Below are positions 9,680 to 19,740 of a stretch of 64,000 bases of DNA, piece after piece; the first letter of the stretch is position 1; every line of letters starts with the position of its first letter. Origin of the DNA: Candidatus Eiseniibacteriota bacterium (GTDB taxonomy: Bacteria; Eisenbacteria; RBG-16-71-46); the NCBI GenBank assembly GCA_963725865.1, contig CAVSAC010000010.1, positions 320,001 to 384,000 on the forward strand, written 5' to 3'. The notes beneath the pieces were generated by a model. The model saw nothing but the letters and a program-made list of their open reading frames with translations, was not told where the DNA came from and ran no database searches. The position numbers were made by a program, and so were the translations under genes.

Positions 9680-10160
9680 TCAGGCGTTTGTTCGAGCGCC
9701 CCTCCCGCTCCGAAACAAGTTCAACCACAGCCCTCGTTCCTCGGGGCTCAAGCCGCCGAACTCGGCCATGAGTTCACTGGCGAACTCGACGTCTCCCAAA
9801 CCGCTTGCGGTGATCAGTCCCTTGTCGCGGATCGCGGGCACGTCGACTTAGGCTGCATCGTCCGCGCAATCGGGCACCTGCAGGTGGAGATACGTCAATC
9901 CGTTGCTGGTGTGGCGACGGCCGCAGAGCCGGCCGATTCGAGCAATCACGGTCGTGACAGCACAGATGGCCGCGATGGGCACCCCCAGCTCGTCGAGAGA
10001 GCGCAGCAACCAGTAAGTTGAGGCTCGATCGGCTGTTGCTCCCAGCGATCGCCGCCGGGCAGCTTGAAGGCAGCTACGTCTGTGACCTCGACAGCCGCGA
10101 GGGTTCGCCTCGGTTGAACTTCGATGCCGCCCATCGATTTGACCGGGGCGGCGGTTCCGC
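9680..10160 (-). pseudogene. DJ-1/PfpI family pseudogene (N-terminus lost, frameshift, internal stop)
   Basis: Hand translation VKSMGGIEVQP...LPGGDRWE.../GVPIAAICA...GRRHTSNG...*VDVPAIRDKGLITASGLGDVEFA. Confidence 0.7.
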
Positions 10161-10569
10161 CGGTGGGAGACGGAGGTTCGAGCGCGGTCGAGCGGTATGG
10201 AGGAGCGTGAGACCCGTCCTCACGAAGCGGGCCGGGAAGATTCGCTGGTTCCAGAGCGGCAAGCTGCTACGTTCTTCGAGCCGCCCGAGGCTTCCGCGGT
10301 GACAACCTCGCGCCGCTCGAAGAGGACCGGAGTCGGATCCGGCATCAGCGGTGTGCAGACGCATTCGCCCGGCCTCGTATTCGAAGGTGACTCGTCCCTT
10401 CGCCGCGGGCACGAAGGAACGGTCACGTCCAATCGGCTCGGGTCGGGGTGGCAGACCGCCGGGCGATCGAACCCCGCCGGCGCGCCCGACCCCCGCCGGC
10501 AGCACGCGCACGATGCGGACCGCGGAGCTTGCGTCAGACTTCGTGCGCAATCCGCGCAAGGAGGTACCG

Positions 10570-11313
10570 ATGAAAGCGCTGCTACTCGCAGGGGTATTCG
10601 CGTCTGGCCTCGTGGCCGCACTGGCCGGGGTCGCGCAGGCGGCCTCGATCGCCTACGATGGCATTCAGTACGTGCCGGGCGCGCTCAACGGAGACGGCCC
10701 GGTGTTTGGTTTTGCGGCGCCTTGGGCGGCGGATCCCGGCGTGGCCGTGGTGCCGGCAGGATTGGCAAGCGTGCTGGCTCTGCCTTCCGTGGGGGGCGCC
10801 GTCGCGGGAGACTTCAACTTCCAAGCCCCCTTGTTGAGCACCCTGGCCCCGCTGCCCGGCAAGGAGTTCTGGGCGTCGTTCCTGCTCTATCATTCAGGGC
10901 CGAACGACGAGACCTTCATGGGTTTGTCGCCGGCCGGAGCGCCGTTCGGAAGTCCGCCATCGGTAGGGTTCGGAGTCCGCTTGGGTCAATACGGGATCTT
11001 CGTCGGGGGAGCATTCACCCCTTCGCCGGTGCCGTTTACGCCCAACGGGTCGACGGATTTCCTGGTCACGCGGTTCACCGCCAGCGGCGCGACATGGGTC
11101 GTCCAGCTCTTCGTGAACAAGTCGTCGTTCCTGGTGCCTGATTTGGTCTTGAATGTGGCGCCGGTGACGTATGGAACGATGGTGAACCTGAATGAGACGC
11201 AATTCGGATCCGATGAGTTCCGCCTTGGCGACACGGCGGGCGACGTGGCCGCCGCCGGGGCCACGGCGACGCAGCGCAGCACGTGGGGCAGGCTGAAACA
11301 GCTGTACCGTTGA
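10570..11313 (+). CDS. Secreted hypothetical protein with C-terminal TWGxLKxxYR motif
   Basis: AAGGAGG RBS and ATG at 10570; signal peptide; ends QRSTWGRLKQLYR*. Confidence 0.8.
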   Translation: MKALLLAGVFASGLVAALAGVAQAASIAYDGIQYVPGALNGDGPVFGFAAPWAADPGVAVVPAGLASVLALPSVGGAVAGDFNFQAPLLSTLAPLPGKEFWASFLLYHSGPNDETFMGLSPAGAPFGSPPSVGFGVRLGQYGIFVGGAFTPSPVPFTPNGSTDFLVTRFTASGATWVVQLFVNKSSFLVPDLVLNVAPVTYGTMVNLNETQFGSDEFRLGDTAGDVAAAGATATQRSTWGRLKQLYR

Positions 11314-11332
11314 CATGGCGTGACCAGTTGCC

Positions 11333-11370
11333 CACCACGACCACTCCCGCTCGCGGGGGTGGTCGTGGTG
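11333..11370. terminator. Long hairpin after the 10570-11313 gene
   Basis: CACCACGACCACTCCCGC..GCGGGGGTGGTCGTGGTG inverted repeat. Confidence 0.6.
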
Positions 11371-11455
11371 CCTGTTGGAGCGCCCCCCGCAATCCGTTCA
11401 TCCCCTGCACCCACGTCATCACCCGATTCGAATTCCCGATGGTTGGGGACGCCAC
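11371..11455 (-). mobile_element. Class S att junction with tail VASPTIGNSNRVMTWVQGMNGLRGALQQ
   Basis: GATTCGAA-TTCCCGATG-GTTGGGGACGCCA at 11425-11454; also the N-terminus of track ORF 11075..11455. Confidence 0.8.
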
Positions 11456-11687
11456 TCTCTCGCACGCTCGGAGGAGCGGTTCGAGGCAGATTCTCCAACC
11501 TGAGGATGTTCACCATCGCCGATCGAGCGGGGCTCGTTCCCTCGCGACTGGCATTCCCGACGGTGAAGGTCCGGAGCACGCGGAAGTGCTTCTTCGAGGA
11601 GTCGGAGTTGGCCAGCCCCTCGGGAGCCCCGAATGGGACGCAAAGCGCCCTCTCTACCATCAACGATCTGCTGTGGGACCACATCCC

Positions 11688-14156
11688 CTAGCGCGTGGCG
11701 CCTCCGCCCGCTGCGGCGGCCCGGTATCGGGCCGCCTTCGCCCGCTCGCCGCGGCTCTCGTAGAGGTCGGCCAGGTCGCGAGCCGCCCGAATGGTCTCAC
11801 TGTGTTTGGGGCCGACGGTCCGCAGCAGGCCCTGGTAGGCCCGCAGGAACGCCTGCTCGGCCTCGGCGTCCTCTCCCAGCGCCCGTAGGCACCACGCGTG
11901 GTGTAGCTCGAACTTGAAAGGTGAGGCGTTGGTGGCGGGGAAGACGGACGGCGAAACCCCCAGTAATTGCTCGAACACGATGTTCGCCTCTCGGGGCTTG
12001 TCCTGCTTGAGCAGGGCCAGTCCGAGGCCGTTCATGGATTCGAGCGTCAACGGGTGCTCTGGTCCGAGGACTCGCATCTTGGCGGCCAGCACGACGTGGT
12101 GCAGCGACTCTGCCTGCGCGCACTGGCCGCGACGGTAGAGCAGCATGGCGAGGTTGTGCTCGGTATTGAGCGTCTTCGGGTCATCAGGGCCCACAGCCTT
12201 GATCCGATTGGCGATGGTCTCGCGGTAGAGCTGCTCCGCCTGGTCGTACTCACCCATCGCCGCAAGATTGAAGGCCAGGTTGTTAGCGAGGGTGAAGACC
12301 GTCTCGTGCATGTCACCGTAGCGGGCGCGCGCCGCCTCCAGGGTCCGCCGTTCGAGCGCCACGCCTTCGGCCCGCTTGCCGGACCCGGTGAGGATCACGG
12401 CGAGGTTCGAGCTCGCTTCCAGTGTCCGGTCGTGGGCGGGGCCGAGATGCTGGATGGCCAGCTGCACGGTCTCGCGGCCGAGCTGTTCGCCGCGCTCGAG
12501 ATCGCCCATGTAGAAGTAGGATCCCACCAGATCGGTGGCGGTCTGGATGGTGGTCGAATCGGCGTCGCCCAACTCGCGCCGGCGAATCTGGAAGGCGCGC
12601 TCGAGCTGCCTGGTGGCGGGCTGGTACTGGCCGAGCGCCAAGTAGGTCTCGGCGATGGTGTGCAGGACCGCAGCCTCGGTGAGCGGCTCGTTCCCCAGGC
12701 TCGAATCGACCCTGGCCGATGCGCGATCGAGCACGTCGACCACCTTGACGTTGCGCCCTTCCTGCGACGGATCCGCCGAACCGAGCATGTCCTGCAGGAA
12801 GGTGGTCACTGCGGTCGCGCGGCTGGCCTCGCGCCGCGCCTGGTGCTCCGCCTTGGTGACGCGGACCAGGCTGAGGCTGGTCAGCACCGACGTGAAAAGC
12901 AGCGAGAGCACTGCGATGGCGAGCGCCGCCACGCCCGCCTTGTGCCGGCTGACGAACTTGCCGGCGGTGTAGGCGAAGCTCGGCGCGCGCGCCTGGACCG
13001 GCCGGTCGTCGAGGTAGCGCGTCACGTCGAGCGCCAGGGCGTGGGGCGTCTCGTAGCGCCGAGTGCGGTCCTTCTCCAGCGCCTTCATGGTGATCCAATC
13101 GAGATCGCCCTTCAGGTGCCGCTCCAGCACCGCCACCGGGATGCTCTGCATGACCGGGGTCGGCGTTGCGGAGCGGCTCAGCGTGCGGATGCGCGAACTC
13201 GGCCGGGGCGGCACGACTTCGCGCAGCACCCGCTGCATCTCGACGAGGCCCAGGCGACGCACCTCCTCCGGGCCGAATGGCTGCACGCCGACCAGCAGCT
13301 CGTAGAGCAGCACGCCAAGCGAGTACACGTCCGTCCGGGTGTCGACGTCGAGGGCGGTCATCTCGGCCTGCTCGGGGCTCATGTACTCCGGCGTGCCGAC
13401 GAGCTGGCCGAGCCCCGTCGCGAGCGTGACGTCGGTCAGCCGTTGCGAGGTCGCCTTGGCGACGCCGAAGTCGATGATCTTCGGCACCGGCGCGCCCGAC
13501 GCGACGCTGACCAGCACGTTCGACGGCTTGAGGTCGCGATGGATGATGCCCTTGTGGTGCGCGTGCTGGACGCCTTCGCACACCTGCATAAAGAGGCGCA
13601 GGCGCTCCTCGATGCCCAGTCGTTGTGTGTCGCAGTACCGGGTGATCGGGACGCCGGGGACGTGCTCCATCGCGAAGAATGGACGCCCATCCGGGACCAC
13701 GCCGGCATCGTAGACCGACGCGATGTTGGGATGGTTCATCATCGCGAGGGCCTGCCGCTCGGTGTCGAACCGCGCCAGCACCTCCTTGCTGTCCATGCCC
13801 CACTTGATGAGCTTGAGCGCGACCCTGCGGCGCACCGGCTTCTCCTGTTCGGCCTCGTAGACCACCCCCATCCCGCCTTCGCCGATGAGCCGCAGAACCC
13901 GGTAGGGGCCGATGTGATCCCCGCGCGCTGACGGCGGCAGGCCCACGTGCGCATCGAGCGTGACCGTGGGGGCCGCAGTGCTCGCGGCGTCGGGCGGGTG
14001 CGCGGCGCCCAGCGGCGCCAACCCGGCTTCGATCTCGGCGCGCAAGCCCGGGTCGAGGAAGCCGATCCCGTCGAGGAACGCCGGTCGCGCAGAGGGAGGG
14101 CACTCGCGCGCCGCATCCAGCAGCCGCTCGAGGAGCTGCTGTCGATCGGGTGTCAT
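11688..14156 (-). CDS. Membrane Hanks-type Ser/Thr protein kinase with TPR repeats
   Basis: GEGGMGVVY, VALKLIK, HRDLKPSN, DFG and GTPEYMSPEQ; TM helix; kinesin-light-chain-like TPRs (LGP.HP.TL). Confidence 0.92.
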   Translation of the reverse strand: MTPDRQQLLERLLDAARECPPSARPAFLDGIGFLDPGLRAEIEAGLAPLGAAHPPDAASTAAPTVTLDAHVGLPPSARGDHIGPYRVLRLIGEGGMGVVYEAEQEKPVRRRVALKLIKWGMDSKEVLARFDTERQALAMMNHPNIASVYDAGVVPDGRPFFAMEHVPGVPITRYCDTQRLGIEERLRLFMQVCEGVQHAHHKGIIHRDLKPSNVLVSVASGAPVPKIIDFGVAKATSQRLTDVTLATGLGQLVGTPEYMSPEQAEMTALDVDTRTDVYSLGVLLYELLVGVQPFGPEEVRRLGLVEMQRVLREVVPPRPSSRIRTLSRSATPTPVMQSIPVAVLERHLKGDLDWITMKALEKDRTRRYETPHALALDVTRYLDDRPVQARAPSFAYTAGKFVSRHKAGVAALAIAVLSLLFTSVLTSLSLVRVTKAEHQARREASRATAVTTFLQDMLGSADPSQEGRNVKVVDVLDRASARVDSSLGNEPLTEAAVLHTIAETYLALGQYQPATRQLERAFQIRRRELGDADSTTIQTATDLVGSYFYMGDLERGEQLGRETVQLAIQHLGPAHDRTLEASSNLAVILTGSGKRAEGVALERRTLEAARARYGDMHETVFTLANNLAFNLAAMGEYDQAEQLYRETIANRIKAVGPDDPKTLNTEHNLAMLLYRRGQCAQAESLHHVVLAAKMRVLGPEHPLTLESMNGLGLALLKQDKPREANIVFEQLLGVSPSVFPATNASPFKFELHHAWCLRALGEDAEAEQAFLRAYQGLLRTVGPKHSETIRAARDLADLYESRGERAKAARYRAAAAGGGATR

Positions 14157-14439
14157 CGCCACACTCGGGGGCGAGGGAACTTCGCTGGCGGTCCCTCCAC
14201 CCGGCCCGATTGCGGGGTAGAGGACCGCGCGGCCGGGTCGCGTCGACCAGGGCCGGGCAGCATCCGCAAGAGTCCGTTGTCAGGGAAGCTGCCGCTCGGA
14301 TTGGCAGCCGGGCGGTCAGGGATCCCGCCCGGGATGATACGTCGCCAGGGGACTGCTGTCCCGTGTTCTCGGCGAGGAGACGGCGGGGCAGGCGGTCGCG
14401 GCTGCCCGGCGCCGGTCCGCGGTCACCAGACTTGAGTGC

Positions 14440-14559
14440 TCAGAACGAGATGGCGCGCACGAAGCGGCAGGCATCGGAACCGACTGCTTGCCGGAGGTTC
14501 TCCATCTCCCGGAGCCACGCGACCAGCCGGTTCGAATCCGCGTCCGTTGGGGACGCCAC
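14440..14559 (-). mobile_element. Class S att junction with tail ORF VASPTDADSNRLVAWLREMENLRQAVGSDACRFVRAISF*
   Basis: GGTTCGAA-TCCGCGTCC-GTTGGGGACGCCA at 14529-14558. Confidence 0.8.
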
Positions 14560-14878
14560 TCGCACCCGCCGTCCGCACCTGTTGGGTACGACCCGCCGGC
14601 ATTATCGCAGCAAGATCCCCTGGGCGGTCACAGCACGGGCTGCCTGCTCCACTCGAATCCAGTAGGCGCCGGAGCAACTGGCCCGCGCGAATCCCACCGC
14701 CGGACACTCCAGGCCTCGAGCGATGCAGCTCGGCCACGCAGCGCACCGGCTTGCGCGCGCGTCGCAACGGCCGGAATCGCAGCGGCACCCCGCGAGCGAG
14801 ACGGCGACGTCCGGCAACTTGTGTCCGACGCCGATCTGGCCGATCCTTGCGCCGAGTCGGTCACGGAAGCTCCCACCG

Positions 14879-16126
14879 GTGGGGCCCAATCTGGAACGCA
14901 TCGCAGCAGTCGTGATCGGAGCCGGGCAGGCCGGCCTGTCGGCGAGCCATGAGTTGGCCGTGCGCGGCATCGAGCACGTCGTGCTCGAACGCGGCGCGCT
15001 CGGTGACACGTGGCGCACGCGGCGCTGGCGCTCGTTCCACCTCGTGAGTCCGAATTCGCTGAACCTGCTTCCGGGTTACGAGTACGACGGGCCCGAGCCG
15101 GACGCGTTCCTGGACACTCACGGCCTCCTCGCCTACCTCGAAGGCTACGCGGCCTCGTTCGCCGCGCCGGTCCGCAGCGAGTCACCCGTCCGCGAAGTGC
15201 GTCCGGCGGACGGCGGCGGCTTCCTCGTGCGCACGCCGCACTCCGAGCTCCATGCCAGCCACGTGATCGTGGCCACGGGCGCGTTCGGCCCGGCGCACAC
15301 GCCGGCGCTCGCCGCGAACCTGCCGGCATCGATCCCGTCGATTCACACCGACGACTACTGGGCCCCGGAGGATCTGCCACCCGGCGGCGTGCTGGTGGTC
15401 GGCTCGGGACAGTCGGGACTCCAGATCGCGTACGAGCTCGCGAACGCGGGGCGTGACGTCACGGTGGCGATCGGCAAGCACGGCTGGGTGCCGCGGCGCG
15501 TCTACGGTCGCGATCAGATGAGGTGGCGCTGGGACAATCGCGACTACCACGCGATCGTCGCCGATCCGGATCGACCCAAGGCCGACTACCCGTTCACGTT
15601 CCTCGCGCGCTGGGGCGTCAGCGACTTCAACGTGCGTACCGTGTGGCAGGCGGGCGCGCGGCTCGCCGGACACGTCGTCGGCGTAGACGGCATGCGCATC
15701 ATGTTTGCGCGCGATCTCGAAGCGCTGCTGCGGGCGGGCGACCACGAAGCGCGCACGTTCGTCGCGCGCATCCGCGACATCGCGCGCGCGCGCGGCGAGA
15801 ACGTGCCCGAGCCGGAGCTCGCGAGCCAGTGGCGCGACGGCGAGTTTCCGGAAGCACCCGACGGGCTCGATCTCGCGTCCGCGGGCATCCACACCGTGAT
15901 CTGGTCGACGGGCTACCGCCAGGACTTCTCGTGGATCCGCGTACCCGGCGCGCTCGCCGAGAACGGCGCGCCGTATCAGCGCCAAGGCGTGTCCCCGGTG
16001 CCCGGCATCTACTTCGTCGGATTGCACCGCATGTGGGAAGCCGGCAGCGGCACGCTGCTCGGCTGCGGCTGGGCGGCAACGAATGTCGCGGAGCACGTCG
16101 CCGCGCGCGTGCGCGCGAGCGGGTGA
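14879..16126 (+). CDS. Flavin-containing monooxygenase-like NAD(P)/FAD-dependent oxidoreductase (CzcO-like)
   Basis: VVIGAGQAGL, W..RRW.SF.L.SPN, VLVVGSGQSGLQIA, VIWSTGY and PGIYFVGL; GTG start inferred. Confidence 0.85.
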   Translation: MGPNLERIAAVVIGAGQAGLSASHELAVRGIEHVVLERGALGDTWRTRRWRSFHLVSPNSLNLLPGYEYDGPEPDAFLDTHGLLAYLEGYAASFAAPVRSESPVREVRPADGGGFLVRTPHSELHASHVIVATGAFGPAHTPALAANLPASIPSIHTDDYWAPEDLPPGGVLVVGSGQSGLQIAYELANAGRDVTVAIGKHGWVPRRVYGRDQMRWRWDNRDYHAIVADPDRPKADYPFTFLARWGVSDFNVRTVWQAGARLAGHVVGVDGMRIMFARDLEALLRAGDHEARTFVARIRDIARARGENVPEPELASQWRDGEFPEAPDGLDLASAGIHTVIWSTGYRQDFSWIRVPGALAENGAPYQRQGVSPVPGIYFVGLHRMWEAGSGTLLGCGWAATNVAEHVAARVRASG

Positions 16127-16159
16127 GTGTGGGCGAACCCGCGATCATCGCGCACCGAT

Positions 16160-16277
16160 GGTGTCCGATAGTCCCGCAGGGGTGACAGATTTCGAATCCC
16201 GTTGGGGACGCCAATTCCCTCGCTGTATCGCAGGAAGTCGCGTGCTTCGGCGCACTTGGTTGTGCCCGAACTGAGCC
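16160..16277 (+). mobile_element. Class Y att junction (tRNA 3' core plus right arm)
   Basis: TTCGAATCCCGTTGGGGACGCCA at 16191-16213; upstream CGATAGTC..GCAGGG shared with 6425-6439; arm TTGTGCCCGAACTGAGCC at 16260-16277. Confidence 0.8.
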
Positions 16278-16445
16278 GCGCCCCATCCTCTCAAAGGATC
16301 GAGCCTCCGAGAATTCCGGCGCGCTTCACGAAGGGGCGGAGTCAGTTGAGAACGGCGATTGCGTCCGCCGACCCGCCCGGTTGACGCGAACGGCCCGCGC
16401 CCATACACTTCGCCATGTGACGACATGACCAACGGAGGACCGTCC

Positions 16446-16860
16446 ATGCGCGACTTCGAACTGGCCATGAAGGCGATCGGTGACCCGACCCGAACCCGCA
16501 TCCTCAAGCTGCTCGAGCGCGGCGGGCTGTGCGTCTGTCAGGTGCAGGCCGTGCTCGGCCTCGCCCCTTCGACGGTGTCGAAGCACCTGACCGTCCTCGA
16601 GGTGGCTGGGCTGGTCGAGGACCGCCGCGACGGCAAGTGGATCGAGTACGCGCTGATCGACGAGGCGCGGAATCCGCACGCGAAGCCGGTCCTCGACTGC
16701 TGCGCGGACGCTCGACCGCGACCCGGCGTGCTCGCGGACCGCAGGCGGCTGCGCGAGATTCAGGGCGATCCCGTTGGTCGAGCTCTGCGCGCTGCCCGCG
16801 GCGAGGGTGTCGATGCCGGCGCGGCCGGCCCGCCGCCGCCGGTCGCGAAAGGACCGCGCC
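16446..16860 (+). CDS. arsR: ArsR/SmtB family transcriptional repressor (3' end uncertain, frameshifted)
   Basis: KAIGDPTRTRIL.LL...LCVC......L..STVSKHL.VL..AGLV..RRDGKW; GGAGG RBS. Confidence 0.85.
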
Positions 16861-16861
16861 C

Positions 16862-17286
16862 ATGCCTGAGACGCGATCCGCACCTGCTGTTCGTCTGCAT
16901 CGAGAACTCGAACCGCTCCCAGATGGCCGAGGGCTTCGCGCGCGCGTCGGGGCGGGCCGCGTGGACGGCCTACAGCGCCGGCTCGCGACCCTCGGGCCAG
17001 GTCAACCCGCGCGCGATCCAGTTCATGAAGGAGAAGGGAATCGACCTGGCCGCGCAGCTCTCCAAGGGCCTCGACGAACTGCCGCAGGTGAACTGGGACT
17101 ACATCGTGACGATGGGCTGCGGCGACGCCTGCCCTTCGCTGCCCGCCGATCACCGCGTCGACTGGGATCTGCCGGATCCGAAGCACCTCGACGACGACGG
17201 CTTCCGCGCGGTGCGCGACCGCATCGAGGCGCTGGTGCGCGACCTGATCGCCGAGGCGACGGGCGCGGACGCGCGCGAGGGCACGG

Positions 17287-17290
<4 letters not shown>
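16862..17290 (+). CDS. arsC: Thioredoxin-coupled arsenate reductase (LMW-PTP fold); ends frameshifted
   Basis: LFVCIENSNRSQMAEGF, YSAGS.P, TMGCGDACP and DWDLPDP. Confidence 0.85.
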
Positions 17291-18389
<1,099 letters not shown>

Positions 18390-18393
<4 letters not shown>

Positions 18394-19451
18394 GCGAGCT
18401 CGGTTCCACCGCACCCGCCGCGGCGCCGCGGCCCTGGGTGCCCTTGTCGCTCGTCGTCGCGATCGCCCTGGTGGCCTGGGTGGTGGCGTACGGGCTCATC
18501 GAGAGGTGCGCGTCCTGGCTCGTGCACGATGTGCTGAGGCTCCCGGCGGCCACGCACTTCGGCAGCGCGGTGGCGTTCTTCCTCTACGAGGTGCCCAAGG
18601 TCCTCCTGCTGCTGACGCTCGTCGTCTTCGGCGTCGGCGTCGTCCGATCGTTCTTCACGCCCGGAGCGCACGCGCGCGATGCTCGCGGGCAAGACGGAGT
18701 CGGTCGGCAACGTGCTGGCGGCGGTGCTCGGCATCGTGACGCCTTTCTGCTCGTGCTCGGCGGTGCCGCTGTTCATCGGCTTCGTGACCGCGGGCGTCCC
18801 GCTCGGCGTGACGTTCTCGTTCCTGATCTCGGCGCCGATGGTGAACGAGGTGGCGCTGGTGCTGCTGTTCGGCCTGTTCGGCTGGAAGGTGGCGGCGCTC
18901 TACCTGGGCACGGGCCTGCTGATCGCGATCGTCGCGGGCTGGGTCATCGGCCGGCTGAAGCTGGAGCGGCACGTCGAGCCCTGGGTCTACGCGATGAAGG
19001 CGGGCCGAACGGCGGCGGCCGAGGACCGGCTCGACTGGGAGGACCGGCTCGGTCACGGGGCTCGAGGCGGTGCGGGACATCGTCGGCAAGGTCTGGCCCT
19101 ACGTGCTGATCGGCATCGCCGTGGGCGCGGGCATCCACGGCTACGTGCCCGAGAACTTCATGGCCTCGATCATGGGCAAGGGCGCCTGGTGGTCGGTGCC
19201 GCTGGCGGTGCTGATCGGCGTGCCGATGTACTCGAACGCGGCCGGGATCATCCCGGTCGTGCAGGCGCTGCTCGAGAAGGGCGCGGCGCTCGGCACGGTG
19301 CTGGCGTTCATGATGGCGGTGATCGCGCTGTCGCTGCCCGAGACGATCATCCTGCGCAAGGTGCTCAAGCCGCGTCCTGATCGCGATCTTCCTCGGCGTC
19401 GTCACCGTCGGGATCGTGATCGTCGGCTACCTGTTCAACTGGCTCATCTGA
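18390..19451 (+). CDS. arsP: ArsP/DUF318 permease (frameshifted)
   Basis: [40 protein letters not shown] and LSLPE. Confidence 0.8.
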
Positions 19452-19505
19452 GAGGCCGTCGCATGGCCCCGCTTTGTGAAATGTATCCGCGAAGGAGATC
19501 CGCTC

Positions 19506-19740
19506 ATGACCCACATCGAAGTCCTCGGCCCCGGCTGCAGCAAGTGCAAGGTGCTCTACGAGCATGCCGAGCAGGCCGCCGAGGAACTCGGCCTCGAGTA
19601 CGAGATCGAGAAGGTGACCGACATCAGGCGCCATCTGGGCTACGGCGTCATGGCCACCCCGGCGCTGATCGTCGACGGCGAGGTCGAAGGTCGCGGGGCG
19701 CGTGCCGTCGGCCGAGCAGCTGAAGGCGGTGCTGTCATGA
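19506..19740 (+). CDS. Small thioredoxin-like redox protein (frameshift near the C-terminus)
   Basis: IEVLGPGCSKC...IEKVTDI....YGVMATPALIVDGEV. Confidence 0.85.

Noticed and set aside
11630..11660. GGGACGCAAAGC, resembling a c-di-GMP-I riboswitch segment
   Set aside because: The upstream GGCAAAC/GAAA tetraloop stem is missing and the site is not 5' of a + strand gene.
1650..16213. CRISPR array or classical integron attC interpretation of the repeats
   Set aside because: Spacing is kilobases and there are no cas genes. The repeats lack attC RYYYAAC/GTTRRRY palindromic structure and instead match a tRNA 3' end.
1600..16213. Complete tRNA genes at any of the cores
   Set aside because: No GTCCCCA-type 5' acceptor strand, D-arm or anticodon arm lies ~70 nt upstream of any core; only 3' fragments are present.
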